This document shows positions 38,528-48,489 of a DNA stretch of 64,000 bases, one piece after another. The notes beneath the pieces were generated by a model. That model worked only from the letters and a program-made list of their open reading frames with translations, made no database searches and had not been told where the DNA came from. Position 1 is the stretch's first letter. Every line of letters begins with the position of its first letter. A program made the translations under genes and the position numbers. Origin of the DNA: a plasmid; sequence record NZ_CP017041.1; one strand, written 5' to 3'.

Positions 38528-39140
38528 CGATCCGACCCTGCCCGACCACACCTCCACCGAGGGCGACGACGCCGACACGCGCCTGGCTGAGGAGTGGACC
38601 ACCAGCGGCCGCAAAGTAGGCATCCTGCCCCAGCGTCAGCGACCCGGACGCTCCACAAAACCCGCTAAACAGACTCCTGTCTCGTCCCCTGCTCCTGCTG
38701 CACCAGCACCAAGGAAAACCCCGGCGGCCACAACCACCCAGAATGAACGCCAGCGGATCAACGTCACCGTCTACGTTGTCCCCGAACTGGCCGCCGAGCT
38801 GCGCTCCCGGTCTGCGGCGACGGGGGTGACGGTCTCGGATCTGGTGGTGCAGGCTCTGGTTTTTGTGGCCGATCACGCGGGCGAGGCGGTCGCCGATGAT
38901 GTTCGCGTCGACGCGGTTACTGGTGATGGGGGAGGGTTGTTCGATGTGACCCCGTCGCGGCCGACAGGTGTCGCTAAGACCCAGTTGGGGGTGCGGATGA
39001 CCCGCCACAACAAGGACGGTTTGGACCAGCTGACCCAGATCAGTGGGGCCCGTGACCGTAGTCATCTTGTGTCCGTGGCCGTGCGCGACTATCTCGACTC
39101 TAATCCTGTTCCTGTGAAGAAAGGCCACCATGTCCGCTGA
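38519..39140 (+). CDS. Centromere-binding protein candidate with two RHH-like modules (ParG-like)
   Basis: It overlaps the parA stop (ATGACTGA). A Pro/Ala-rich linker is followed by QRINVTVYVVPELAAELRSRSAATGVTVSDLVVQAL and a second segment, LGVRMTRHNKDGLDQLTQISGARDRSHLVSVAVRDYL. Confidence 0.5.
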
Positions 39141-39783
39141 TGAAACCCTGGCCGGGCGACACTTTGAAACGACTGTTAAGCCCAGGCGGCGTCCCGTGTT
39201 CGTCGCCGCCGGGATCGCCATCGTCGTGGTCGGTGCTCTGCTTATTGCCCAGTTGATTCACGCGGGTCAGACCGAGAATCGCGTGTTGGAGGTCCGTTCC
39301 GATGTGGGGCGTGGCGAGGTGATTCGTGACACCGATCTGGTGGCGGTGACCGTTGGCCAGGTCGGCAACGTGTCAACGGTTCCCGCCGATCAGCTTGATG
39401 CCCTGGTCGGCAAGCGTGCCGCGGTGGATCTGCGTTCCGGGTCTTTGTTGTCTGCCGGGGCTATTGGGGCGGCCGACACTGTTCCAGCCCCGGGTAAGTC
39501 GCTGGTTGGGTTGAAGCTGGCCCCCGGGCAGGTTCCTATCGGGGATCTGACCGCCGGGGCGAAACTGCGTCTGATCCAGACGTCGGCCCTCAACGGGTCG
39601 GCCACCGCGACCGACGCCGCCAATACCAATGGTCAGTCGTGGGATGCGACGATGGCGGCCAGCACCAAGGGCACCGATCAGGTCACTTTGGTCAATGTGG
39701 AGGTGAAATCGGGTGAGGCGGCCCGGATCGCCCAGCTGACCTCCCAGGGCCGTATCGCTGTGGTGAAGGACTCGAGCCGGTGA
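39130..39783 (+). CDS. cpaB: Flp pilus assembly protein CpaB/RcpC (SAF domain)
   Basis: N-terminal TM followed by a RVLEVRSDVGRGEVIRDTDLVAVTV SAF-like segment. It is the first gene of the tad operon. Confidence 0.7.
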   Translation: MSADETLAGRHFETTVKPRRRPVFVAAGIAIVVVGALLIAQLIHAGQTENRVLEVRSDVGRGEVIRDTDLVAVTVGQVGNVSTVPADQLDALVGKRAAVDLRSGSLLSAGAIGAADTVPAPGKSLVGLKLAPGQVPIGDLTAGAKLRLIQTSALNGSATATDAANTNGQSWDATMAASTKGTDQVTLVNVEVKSGEAARIAQLTSQGRIAVVKDSSR

Positions 39784-40598
39784 GCACCATCGTTGTAACC
39801 AGTGTCTCGGGAGCCCCTGGGGTGACCACGACGGCGATTGGGTTGGGCCGGGTGTGGCCACAGTCCAGTCTGGTCGTCGAGGACGATACTCATCACGCCA
39901 TGCTGGCGGGCTATCTGCGAGCCGGTCAGCATGCCGAGCCGAATCTGGCTACGGTGGCGAGCTTGACGTCGACTCCGACTAACGCCCAAACGGTGTGGGA
40001 ATCCATTGCCAGGCCCCTGCCCACCGATGATCCGGTCAGCGGGCTGCGGCGCAAGGTTATCCTCGGCCCACCTACCCCGTGGTCTCGCGCGGGTATCGAC
40101 CCTAGGTGGGGCTTCATGTTGGGGTTGTGGCGGCGGCTGGAGGAGGCTGGTATTGACACCATCATCGACTTGGGCCGCCTGGCCACGCCGCTGACGTCGA
40201 CCCCGCAGCTGATCGCCGCCCCCATTGTCGAGGACGCCGACATGATCTTGGTGATGATCGAGGCGAGGCTACGAGACGTAGCCGGCGCTCACACGATGGT
40301 CGAGGGGCTAGCCGAGCAGATGAATCTGGCCGGGGCCCACCAGCGCCTCGGGTTGCTGGTTCACCGTGGCGGGGCGGCCCGCGGAGTCCCCGAGTTCACT
40401 GACAGGGAGATCACTTCGGCGTTGAAACTGCCGGTGTGCGGGTCGATAGTCCATGACCCGGTCGGGGCCGCCCAGCTGTCCGATGGTGTGGGGCAGCGGT
40501 TCGACAGGTCGCGTCTGGGCAGATCGTTGTCGAAGGTGGCGGCTGGCCTGGTTGAGGACATTGACAAGCGCCGTGCTGAGGGCAAGGAGGATCTGTGA
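39780..40598 (+). CDS. tadZ: TadZ/CpaE-like pilus-localization ATPase-fold protein
   Basis: 272 aa ORF with a degenerate P-loop (VSGAPGVTTTAIGLG). It holds the position between cpaB and tadA typical of actinobacterial tad loci. Confidence 0.6.
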   Translation: MSTIVVTSVSGAPGVTTTAIGLGRVWPQSSLVVEDDTHHAMLAGYLRAGQHAEPNLATVASLTSTPTNAQTVWESIARPLPTDDPVSGLRRKVILGPPTPWSRAGIDPRWGFMLGLWRRLEEAGIDTIIDLGRLATPLTSTPQLIAAPIVEDADMILVMIEARLRDVAGAHTMVEGLAEQMNLAGAHQRLGLLVHRGGAARGVPEFTDREITSALKLPVCGSIVHDPVGAAQLSDGVGQRFDRSRLGRSLSKVAAGLVEDIDKRRAEGKEDL

Positions 40599-42139
40599 TG
40601 GCCAGTTTTTCTGACAATCCGTTCGACAAGTTGCGTTCCCGTCTTGATGTTGGGGTGTCGTCGGCGACGTCGATGGCCGGGCACATAGATGCAGGGGAGT
40701 CCTCAGTGGGGCAGGAGTCCTCTCCCAGGTTTGCCTCGGAGTTGTTTTCGACGTCGTCGGGGTGGACCAGTTCCCAGCAGGTGACTCAGACTTCCCCGGT
40801 GATGACCCGTTCGGAGAAGGTCGATTGGTCTGTTGTTGCGGAACTGGCTAGTACGGCCACGGATGAGATTGAGACCGAGATCACCCGGTGGAGTGCTACT
40901 CATGAGGGCCTGGCGACGTTGGACATGCGCCAGGCCATCGCCGAACCTGCTATCGCGTCGGCGGTAGCCACCTACGCTGACCGGCGTCAGATCGACGTAG
41001 GGGAGACCTGGCCTGACCTGGTACGTCAGGGCTACCGCAAGGCCGTGTGGGATCAGTTGTTCGGGATGGGGCGGTTGCAGCCGCTGTTCGAAATCAGCGA
41101 CGCCGAAAACATCGTCGTAGTGGGTAATCACGAGGTGATCGTCGATCACAACGATGGTTCCCGGTCGACGTTGCCGCCGGTGGCTGATTCGGATGCCGAG
41201 TTGGAATCCCAGATCGCCCGAATGGCGAGGAATGCGACCCCGCGGCGTGCCTTCGACGCCGACCATACTGATGTGACGATCATGCACCAGCAGAAATTCC
41301 GCATCCACGCGATCTCTGCGGAAGTGTCGTTACAGCCATCGGTGGTGATCCGCCAGCATTTGCTGACCCACATCAGCCTGGGGGATCTGTCCCAGCGCGG
41401 AATGATGCCGCTGGAGGTGGCCCGGTTCCTGGACCAGGCGGTGCAAGCCGGCAAGTCCATCGTGGTCGCCGGTGAGCAGGGTGCAGGCAAGACAACATTT
41501 CTGCGGGCACTCATCCACGCCATCCCGATGCGGGAACGATTTGCCACCCTGGAGACCGATCAGGAGTTGTTCGCTCATCTGATGCCAGGCCGACAGAACA
41601 CGCTGGTGCTGTTCGCCCGTGACGGTAACGGCGAGATTGATCCAGCCACCGGAACCCAGCATGGCGCCATCGAGATTGCCCAGCTCATTCCGCCTAGTCT
41701 GCGCCAAGCGTTGACCCGGGTCATCGTCGGTGAGGTGCGCGGCAACGAGGCTTCGGCCATGTTTCAGGCCATGCAGTCGGGTACGGGCACCATGAGTAGC
41801 ATTCATTCTCCGCGGGCCTCGGAGGTGCCATCTCGACTGGCCCAGATGATTTCGATGGGCCCGGTCTACAATTTGGATCAGGCCATGCTCCAGATCGGTC
41901 ATTCGATCGACTACATCGTCTTCGTGCGTCGGCGTGACCTGCCTGACGGGACCCGGCTGCGGTTCGTTGAGCAGATCCGGTCAGTCTCGCCTGGCGATGC
42001 GACAACTCCCAGTCTCGGCGAGGTGTACACGGCCGATGCGTGGACCGGTCAGCCGTTGACCCCGCTCATGCCCGGATCGGCCGCCGACGAGCTGTCTCAC
42101 TTCGCCCGCGACTTGGATTACTGCGAGGCCCACTCATGA
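40595..42139 (+). CDS. tadA: TadA/CpaF secretion ATPase
   Basis: Walker A (VVAGEQGAGKTTFLRAL), VIVGEVRGNEA, and an overall CpaF layout. Confidence 0.85.
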   Translation: MMASFSDNPFDKLRSRLDVGVSSATSMAGHIDAGESSVGQESSPRFASELFSTSSGWTSSQQVTQTSPVMTRSEKVDWSVVAELASTATDEIETEITRWSATHEGLATLDMRQAIAEPAIASAVATYADRRQIDVGETWPDLVRQGYRKAVWDQLFGMGRLQPLFEISDAENIVVVGNHEVIVDHNDGSRSTLPPVADSDAELESQIARMARNATPRRAFDADHTDVTIMHQQKFRIHAISAEVSLQPSVVIRQHLLTHISLGDLSQRGMMPLEVARFLDQAVQAGKSIVVAGEQGAGKTTFLRALIHAIPMRERFATLETDQELFAHLMPGRQNTLVLFARDGNGEIDPATGTQHGAIEIAQLIPPSLRQALTRVIVGEVRGNEASAMFQAMQSGTGTMSSIHSPRASEVPSRLAQMISMGPVYNLDQAMLQIGHSIDYIVFVRRRDLPDGTRLRFVEQIRSVSPGDATTPSLGEVYTADAWTGQPLTPLMPGSAADELSHFARDLDYCEAHS

Positions 42140-43002
42140 ACACTCCCGCACTAACCAGCGCCCTCATCATGGCCGGGCTAGGGCTGATCCTGGCCATCGA
42201 CGGGCTGGTCCCGGCGCCGCCTCGACCTGGGGCCCCGCTGAGCCCGGCCCAAAGGTGGGCTCGGCTCACCCACCGTCCCACAGGAGCGGCCGGGCGCCGC
42301 CGGGACCTGCGCTGGGGGCTGGCTGTTCTCGTCGGCGTCGTCCTATTTGTGCTCACTGGCTGGGTCGCTGCGCTGGCGCTGGGCCCCATCATCGTGCTGC
42401 TGGCCCCCACCCTGCTGGGGGCGGCCCCGCCGACCGACATCCCGCTGATGGAGGCGTTGGATCGCTGGGTGCGTCAGGTCGCTGCGGTGCTGCCACAGGG
42501 GCGAGACATCATCACAGCGGTGCGGATCTCACGGCCGCGGGCCCCGAAGCTGATCGCCGGGTCGGTGGATCAACTGGTGTCGCGCCTCGATGGCCGTATG
42601 GAGCCGAGGGAGGCATTCCAGCGGATGGCCGACGAGCTGGACTCATCTGAGGCTGACGCGGTGCTGGCCTCGCTGGCATTAGCAGCCACTCACCCGCGGG
42701 GCGCATCGGTGACATTAAAGGCTATTGCTGGCACTATTCAGCAGCGGTTAAAAGTGCTGCGGCAGGTGGAGGCTGAACGGTCCAAGCCGCGCAACGCAGT
42801 GCGCCAGATCACGCTGGTCACGATCGCCATGTTCGGGGTACTGCTGGTTGTTGGGCGCTCGTTCTTGGCCCCACTGGCAACCCCTCCCGGTCAGGTTCTG
42901 GTCACCGCGGCGGTGGTCATGTATGTCACCGCATTAGTGCAGATGTATCGGATGGCGCGGCCGCGACGTCGTACGCGGATCATGGTCAGGAGGACCCGAT
43001 GA
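42136..43002 (+). CDS. tadB: TadB (T2SS-F family) inner-membrane pilus platform protein
   Basis: ATGA overlap with the tadA stop. Polytopic membrane protein of about 290 aa. Confidence 0.65.
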   Translation: MNTPALTSALIMAGLGLILAIDGLVPAPPRPGAPLSPAQRWARLTHRPTGAAGRRRDLRWGLAVLVGVVLFVLTGWVAALALGPIIVLLAPTLLGAAPPTDIPLMEALDRWVRQVAAVLPQGRDIITAVRISRPRAPKLIAGSVDQLVSRLDGRMEPREAFQRMADELDSSEADAVLASLALAATHPRGASVTLKAIAGTIQQRLKVLRQVEAERSKPRNAVRQITLVTIAMFGVLLVVGRSFLAPLATPPGQVLVTAAVVMYVTALVQMYRMARPRRRTRIMVRRTR

Positions 43003-43892
43003 CCACCACTGCTTTGTCTCTGCTGGCCGGAGCCGTTGTCACCGTCGGACTGCTGGTCATCACAGCAGCGTTCCGGCCTGCCCCAGGCCCTGATCTGGTA
43101 GCCGCCCTGGAGGTGGTGTCAGGTCGCACCTCAAGCGTTGACGAACAGATCGACCAGACCCGAATCGGGCGGCTAGGTCGCAGCGTGACCCGCACATTCC
43201 ATCTGTCGGTGTCCCCAGCTATGCGGGCCGCACTACGCCTCCAGGGCACCACCCCCGAGGCGTTCTACGGTCGCCGCCTGATGAGCGCGCTGGCCGGGGC
43301 GATCCTGCCGTGGCTGCTCAACGCGATAGCCATCGCGGTAGGGGCGAATTTCCCAAGCCTGCTCATCCCTGCGGCGCTGTGTGTAGCGTTAGCTGGCGCC
43401 GGATGGATGCTGCCAGCAGCACGACTGAAGGCTGCAACCGGACCAACCAACGATGATTCGTTCGAGGCACTGCTGGTATTCATCGACCTGGTCGTGTTGG
43501 AGCGGCTAGCCAATGAAACCTCCGTCGACGCACTCACCAATGCGGCGCATGTCTCGGATGCCCCACTGTTCATCCAAATCCGTCAAGTCCTGAATCGAGC
43601 CGCCCTCGAGAACGTCGACCCGTGGAACGGGCTAGACCGGCTAGCCGACGACATCAAACTGCCCGAACTCACCGATGTGGTCTCCATCGCCCGCCTCCAA
43701 GAAGAAGGCGCCTCCTTGGTCGACAGTTTCCGCGCCCGGGTCGCCGAGCTGCGCGACGCCTACCTGCTGCGCCTCCAGCAGGAATCCACCACCATCACCC
43801 AGCGCCTCGGCTTGTGGACAGTCCTGCAAGCAGGCTCGGTCATGCTCATCTTGTTAGGAGCAGCCGCCCTCACCCTCATCACAACCGGATAA
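42999..43892 (+). CDS. tadC: TadC inner-membrane pilus platform protein
   Basis: 297 aa membrane protein, coupled to tadB. Confidence 0.6.
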   Translation: MTTTALSLLAGAVVTVGLLVITAAFRPAPGPDLVAALEVVSGRTSSVDEQIDQTRIGRLGRSVTRTFHLSVSPAMRAALRLQGTTPEAFYGRRLMSALAGAILPWLLNAIAIAVGANFPSLLIPAALCVALAGAGWMLPAARLKAATGPTNDDSFEALLVFIDLVVLERLANETSVDALTNAAHVSDAPLFIQIRQVLNRAALENVDPWNGLDRLADDIKLPELTDVVSIARLQEEGASLVDSFRARVAELRDAYLLRLQQESTTITQRLGLWTVLQAGSVMLILLGAAALTLITTG

Positions 43893-43999
43893 ATCGGCAT
43901 CGTGTCGAGCCCCCACACCACGAAAGAATCATCCATAATGACGGCCATAGGCACCACAATGCCGATCACATCGAAATCGAAAGTGAAGGAGAACTCATA

Positions 44000-44191
44000 A
44001 TGACCGATCTCGACCTAGCCAAGAACCAGATCACCTGGCTAGCCGCACACCTGCGCTCCCGGGTTGTTGACGAGCGTGGTGGTGGTAGTTCCACCGTGGA
44101 GACATTGATTTGGATTGGTGTCATCGTGGTGGCGGTGATTGCTGTGGGCGCCGGGGTGACGGCGTTCATCAAGTCGAAGATGCCTCACTAA
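44000..44191 (+). CDS. flp: Flp/Fap-family pilin
   Basis: 63 aa ORF. A basic leader is followed by ERGGGSSTVETLIWIGVIVVAVIAV (G/XXXXE-like processing motif plus a hydrophobic stretch). Confidence 0.6.
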   Translation: MTDLDLAKNQITWLAAHLRSRVVDERGGGSSTVETLIWIGVIVVAVIAVGAGVTAFIKSKMPH

Positions 44192-44572
44192 GTGATGCGA
44201 GACAAGGTGAGGACCGATCAGCGTGGTGGTGGTTCGGCGTCGGTGGGGATGCTGCTGCTGGTGCCGGCGATCATGCTGATGACATTCGGCGGGATTGAGA
44301 TCGGGTTGTGGTATCACGCCCATCAGTCGACCCTCGCTGCGGCCCAAAGCGCCGCGGAGGCTCAGCGTGTCGTCCACCCGGATCCGGGGTCGGCGCAGGA
44401 GGCAGCCGAGAGAATCACCAGTCATGGCGGGGTGCGTGATACCCGGATATCGGTCAGTGATGACGGGGCCACCGTCACGGTGACCGTCTCGGGTCGGGCC
44501 CCATCGATGTTGGGGTTGCATCTGCCGGCTGTGTCGTCAACGACGTCGATGCCTAAGGAGCGTCTGTCATGA
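44192..44572 (+). CDS. TadE-like pseudopilin
   Basis: RGGGSASVGMLLLVPAIMLMTFGGIEIG N-terminal TM, typical of TadE/TadG. It directly follows flp. Confidence 0.5.
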   Translation: MMRDKVRTDQRGGGSASVGMLLLVPAIMLMTFGGIEIGLWYHAHQSTLAAAQSAAEAQRVVHPDPGSAQEAAERITSHGGVRDTRISVSDDGATVTVTVSGRAPSMLGLHLPAVSSTTSMPKERLS

Positions 44573-44982
44573 GGCGCAGCGAGCGCGGTGGAGCGAGTCT
44601 GAGCGTCGAGGTGCTGATGTGGGCACCGATTGCGCTAGTGGTCATCGGGTTTGTCGCAGCCATTGGCCGGATGTCGATGGCCCAGGATGCGGTGAGGGGC
44701 GCGGCGGGGGCGGCGGCCCGGGCGGCGTCGTTAGAGCGTGAGGGCCAGTCGGCTCAGTCCGCGGCAGTCCAGGCGGCGACCGCGAATCTGTCGGCCGGTG
44801 GGCTGACGTGTACTCCACGTGTGAGCGTGGACACCTCAGTGTTCACCCGTCCTGCCGGTCAGGCGGGCACGGTATACGCCACGGTTACGTGTGTCACTTC
44901 GCTAGGACCCGGGTTCGGGTCTCGGACGGTGCACGCGACAGGGGCGGCCCCGGTAGACACCTACCGGCAAAGGAGAGGCTGA
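44569..44982 (+). CDS. TadE/TadG-like pseudopilin
   Basis: RGGASLSVEVLMWAPIALVVIGF N-terminus. Confidence 0.5.
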   Translation: MRRSERGGASLSVEVLMWAPIALVVIGFVAAIGRMSMAQDAVRGAAGAAARAASLEREGQSAQSAAVQAATANLSAGGLTCTPRVSVDTSVFTRPAGQAGTVYATVTCVTSLGPGFGSRTVHATGAAPVDTYRQRRG

Positions 44983-44983
44983 G

Positions 44984-45379
44984 ATGGATGAGCGTGGCGG
45001 CGGTTCGGCGTCGGTGTGGATGCTGCTCATGGTGCCAGTGATCCTGGTGGTGGCCGGTCTGGTCTTTGACGGGTCCCGTCAGATCTCAGCAACCCAGGCG
45101 GCTCAGGATGCTGCGGTGGCGGCGACCCGCGCCGGAACCGATGCGGCAGCAACCCCGCAACTGGCCGGCCGCGACGGTGCGGCCGCGGCTGTCCAGGCAG
45201 CCCGACAGGCGCTGTCTGCGGCCGGGGTGAGTGGATCGGTGCAGGTGGGCGGGGTGACCATCACGGTGACCACGTCTCAGAGCCGGCCGACGCTGTTTCT
45301 GTCGGCGATCGGAATCAGCCAGGTGACCGGGCACGGGAAGGCTCATGCCCAGCTTGTAGGACCGGGAGAACGTCCATGA
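44984..45379 (+). CDS. TadE/TadG-like pseudopilin
   Basis: RGGGSASVWMLLMVPVILVVAGLVFDG N-terminus. Confidence 0.5.
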   Translation: MDERGGGSASVWMLLMVPVILVVAGLVFDGSRQISATQAAQDAAVAATRAGTDAAATPQLAGRDGAAAAVQAARQALSAAGVSGSVQVGGVTITVTTSQSRPTLFLSAIGISQVTGHGKAHAQLVGPGERP

Positions 45380-48300
45380 CAGTGATGCGTCGTATCCGTG
45401 CCCTGGTGGCGCTATGCGTGGTGATCGTCGGCCTACCGATCGGGCTGGCGGTTGCGGGCGCCCCACTGATGCCTTCGGGTCTGTCGTGGGCTCATCTACG
45501 GCATCTGCTAACGACCCCGGATATGACCGGGTCTGTGCTGGTGTGGCTGGTCAGCCTCATCGGCTGGATCTGCTGGGCGTGGTTTACCCTGGCCGTGGCA
45601 GCCGAGGCGGTCACGATGGCCTCGGGGCGTCGACTTCGGTTGCACATGCCTGGCCCCCGCGTGGTACCCCGCGTGGCTGCCGGTCTCCTTATTGCCGCGT
45701 TCGCGGCCGCACCGGCGGCCACGTCGATAGCTCACGCCGCAGAGGCCCCCCATGTGGCGGTTACCGCCCAGGTGGCCCCAGCCCACGCGGCTACCACCCA
45801 TAACAGTCATGGCCCTCACACCCCCGGGGCTCCGAAGATCTGGAAGACTCACACGGTGCGGCCCGGCGACTACCTGTGGGAGATCGCCGAGCACTACTAC
45901 GGTGACGGCTCCCACTTCCGTCGTATCGCCGAGGCCTCCGGTATCGACCCGCACTCGGAACTGAAAGCCGGCCAAAAACTGGTCCTACCAGTTCCCGAAA
46001 ACACAGCCGCGGTTCATTCGGTCCAGGCGGGGGAGTACCTGTGGGAGATCGCCGAGCACTACTACGGTGACGGCTCCCAGTTTCATAAAATCGCCGAGGC
46101 TTCCGGTATCGACGCCCATTCCGATCTAGCCGTGGGCCAAAAACTCATCATCCCCGGGCCTCTCCACCACGCCACAGCCCCAACATCAACCCATCCGAAG
46201 GTCCACACGCCGAATGCCGCGGTGGTCCCCGCATCCGCGACTGCGCCTGTCCATAAGGCCACACCTGCGCCCGCCCCGACGTCGTCTATTCCAGCTCACC
46301 CGAAGGCCCCGGCCGTCTCCTCTGCCGGCCACTCAACCAGCGACAAGCACCCCACCAGCCCAGCCACCGTCGCCGCTATTAGTGACGAGGAGGCCTTGTC
46401 CCCGGTTCAGGTGGGGCTGACCGCCAGCGTCGGACTCGTGCTCGTCGCCGGGCTGGTCACCACCCTTAACCGCCGCTACCGGACCCGGTTCACCCGCCAG
46501 CCCCGCGGCACGGCCATGACCCTGCCCAGCCCAGACGCCCAAACCGCTGAGATAGCGCTACGCAGCACCAGGGCAACCGACACTCTGACGATCACATGCC
46601 TCGACCAGGCGCTCCGCGCGATCGGCGCATGGTGCCACCACACCGGGCACCCGCTGCCACCCCTGCTGGCTGCCCGCATCGACGACGACCGAATCGACCT
46701 GCTGCTATCGGCGTCCACCCCCGACCATCCCAAAGCGGTAGACCTAACCGCCGACGGATCGGTGTGGACCCTGACCGCCGAGCGGATCGACGACCTGCTA
46801 GCCCACGCCGACGACGACCAGGCAGCCCCGTGGCCATCTCTGGTCACGCTGGGACGCGACGACGACGGCGCCCATATTCTTATCGACCTGGAAGCCGCAG
46901 GGACCTTGCACCTGATCGGCGACGACCAAGTCGACACAGCCCTGGCCGCCATCGCTGTAGAACTAGCCACCTGCGACTGGTCCGACGAGGTCAACATCAC
47001 CCTGGTCGGCCAAATATGCCCAGGCCTAGAAGAGGCGTTAGGATCTGCGACCCTGACCCGCGCCGCCGACGTTGACGCCCTCCTCACCACCCTGGAAGCT
47101 CGCGCCAACGATCAGCGGCGCATCCTCACCGAGGAAAGCCCCCTCGCCGCTCACCGAGCTGACCCAGCCCTCTCTGACGGGTTCGACACCGAAGTAATCC
47201 TCCTCAACACCGACCTAACCGAAGCCCAGCGCGACCGGCTCGCCAACCTCATCGAAGCCCTTCCCCGAGTGTCAGTCGCCGCAGTAACAACCAGCCACAC
47301 CAGCCCACACGAATGGTCCCTCACCTTGACAGGGGACCCCCTAGTCGCCAAGCTGGCCCCTCTCGGCTGGCATGTCCACCCCCAAACCCTCTCCCCAGAC
47401 CTCTACGACCGCGTGGTCGAACTGTTAGCCAATTCCGCTGACGACGATTACGAACCTGCCAGCTGGTGGGACCACAACACCGAAATCAAACCAAACACCA
47501 GCCAGGACGACGAAGATAAGACTGCCATCAGCAGGCACACCCGCCCGAATATCCGCCTAACCACTCTGACCGGCGACATCAACCTATCCAGCGTCGACAT
47601 CGACACCATCATCGACGACGCCAACCAGGCCCTCAACGCCGACGAACCCACCGACCAGGTTCGTGTCAATGCCCACCAACCCGGCACCGATACCCCCTTC
47701 CCCATCGACGACATCGACCCGCTGAACTCAGGCCACCCCGTCCTATCAATCATCGGCCACCCCAACATCACCGGTACCACCGGAACCGCCGGGCGCTCCC
47801 CGTGGCGCTGCCAGCAGCTAGCTCTCTACATCGCTGAGCATCCGGGAGTATCAGGGGCAACTATCGCCGACGATTTGGGTCTATCAGGTGCGACGGTGCG
47901 CTCGATTGCTACACACCTACGACACTGGTTGGGGGCCGATGAGGCCGGGGTGGCTTACATGCCGGCGGCCACGCATGGCTACCGGCTCGATGACCGGATC
48001 GTCACTGATGTGGATTTGATCGACGCCGCCCTGGCCGGGCGGGGTATCAACACCGCTGAGACGGCTACTCTGGTGGCCATTTTGAAACTGGGCCGGGGTC
48101 GGGTCTTCGCCGGCGTTCCTGACTCGGATCTTCGCCAGTTCCGGGCATCGATGTACCACGTGGAGGCCCGCATCGTCGATGCTGCTCTCCAGGTGACTGA
48201 TCGGGCTCTGGAGGCCGGGGACCTGGGGCTGGCCCGCTGGGCGCTAACCCAAGGACTGCTGGTATCTCCCGATCATGAAGATCTGGTGGCTGGGTGTCTA

Positions 48301-48453
48301 CGCACCGAATACCAGGCCGGGAATATGGAAAAAGTCGCCGAACTCGTCGATCATTTATCGGCTACCGCGCGACGGCTGGGTGTCGACTTGAGCGCCGACA
48401 CCACCCGGATCATCGACTCCGTTATTACCCATACACGCAGGAGAGCGTCATGA
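45376..48453 (+). CDS. Membrane protein with two LysM repeats and a C-terminal SARP-like module (winged HTH + BTAD)
   Basis: 1025 aa ORF. N-terminal TM helices. Two near-identical LysM units (HTVRPGDYLWEIAEHYYGDGSHFRRIAEASGID... and HSVQAGEYLWEIAEHYYGDGSQFHKIAEASGID...). A Pro/Ala linker and a TM (VGLTASVGLVLVAGLV) follow. The long cytoplasmic part ends in an OmpR-type wHTH (LALYIAEHPGVSGATIADDLGLSGATVRSIATHLRHWLG) and a BTAD-like helical region. Confidence 0.6.
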   Translation: MTVMRRIRALVALCVVIVGLPIGLAVAGAPLMPSGLSWAHLRHLLTTPDMTGSVLVWLVSLIGWICWAWFTLAVAAEAVTMASGRRLRLHMPGPRVVPRVAAGLLIAAFAAAPAATSIAHAAEAPHVAVTAQVAPAHAATTHNSHGPHTPGAPKIWKTHTVRPGDYLWEIAEHYYGDGSHFRRIAEASGIDPHSELKAGQKLVLPVPENTAAVHSVQAGEYLWEIAEHYYGDGSQFHKIAEASGIDAHSDLAVGQKLIIPGPLHHATAPTSTHPKVHTPNAAVVPASATAPVHKATPAPAPTSSIPAHPKAPAVSSAGHSTSDKHPTSPATVAAISDEEALSPVQVGLTASVGLVLVAGLVTTLNRRYRTRFTRQPRGTAMTLPSPDAQTAEIALRSTRATDTLTITCLDQALRAIGAWCHHTGHPLPPLLAARIDDDRIDLLLSASTPDHPKAVDLTADGSVWTLTAERIDDLLAHADDDQAAPWPSLVTLGRDDDGAHILIDLEAAGTLHLIGDDQVDTALAAIAVELATCDWSDEVNITLVGQICPGLEEALGSATLTRAADVDALLTTLEARANDQRRILTEESPLAAHRADPALSDGFDTEVILLNTDLTEAQRDRLANLIEALPRVSVAAVTTSHTSPHEWSLTLTGDPLVAKLAPLGWHVHPQTLSPDLYDRVVELLANSADDDYEPASWWDHNTEIKPNTSQDDEDKTAISRHTRPNIRLTTLTGDINLSSVDIDTIIDDANQALNADEPTDQVRVNAHQPGTDTPFPIDDIDPLNSGHPVLSIIGHPNITGTTGTAGRSPWRCQQLALYIAEHPGVSGATIADDLGLSGATVRSIATHLRHWLGADEAGVAYMPAATHGYRLDDRIVTDVDLIDAALAGRGINTAETATLVAILKLGRGRVFAGVPDSDLRQFRASMYHVEARIVDAALQVTDRALEAGDLGLARWALTQGLLVSPDHEDLVAGCLRTEYQAGNMEKVAELVDHLSATARRLGVDLSADTTRIIDSVITHTRRRAS

Positions 48454-48489
48454 TCTCCCGTTGCACTCATCCCTATCAGGAAGGTTCCT

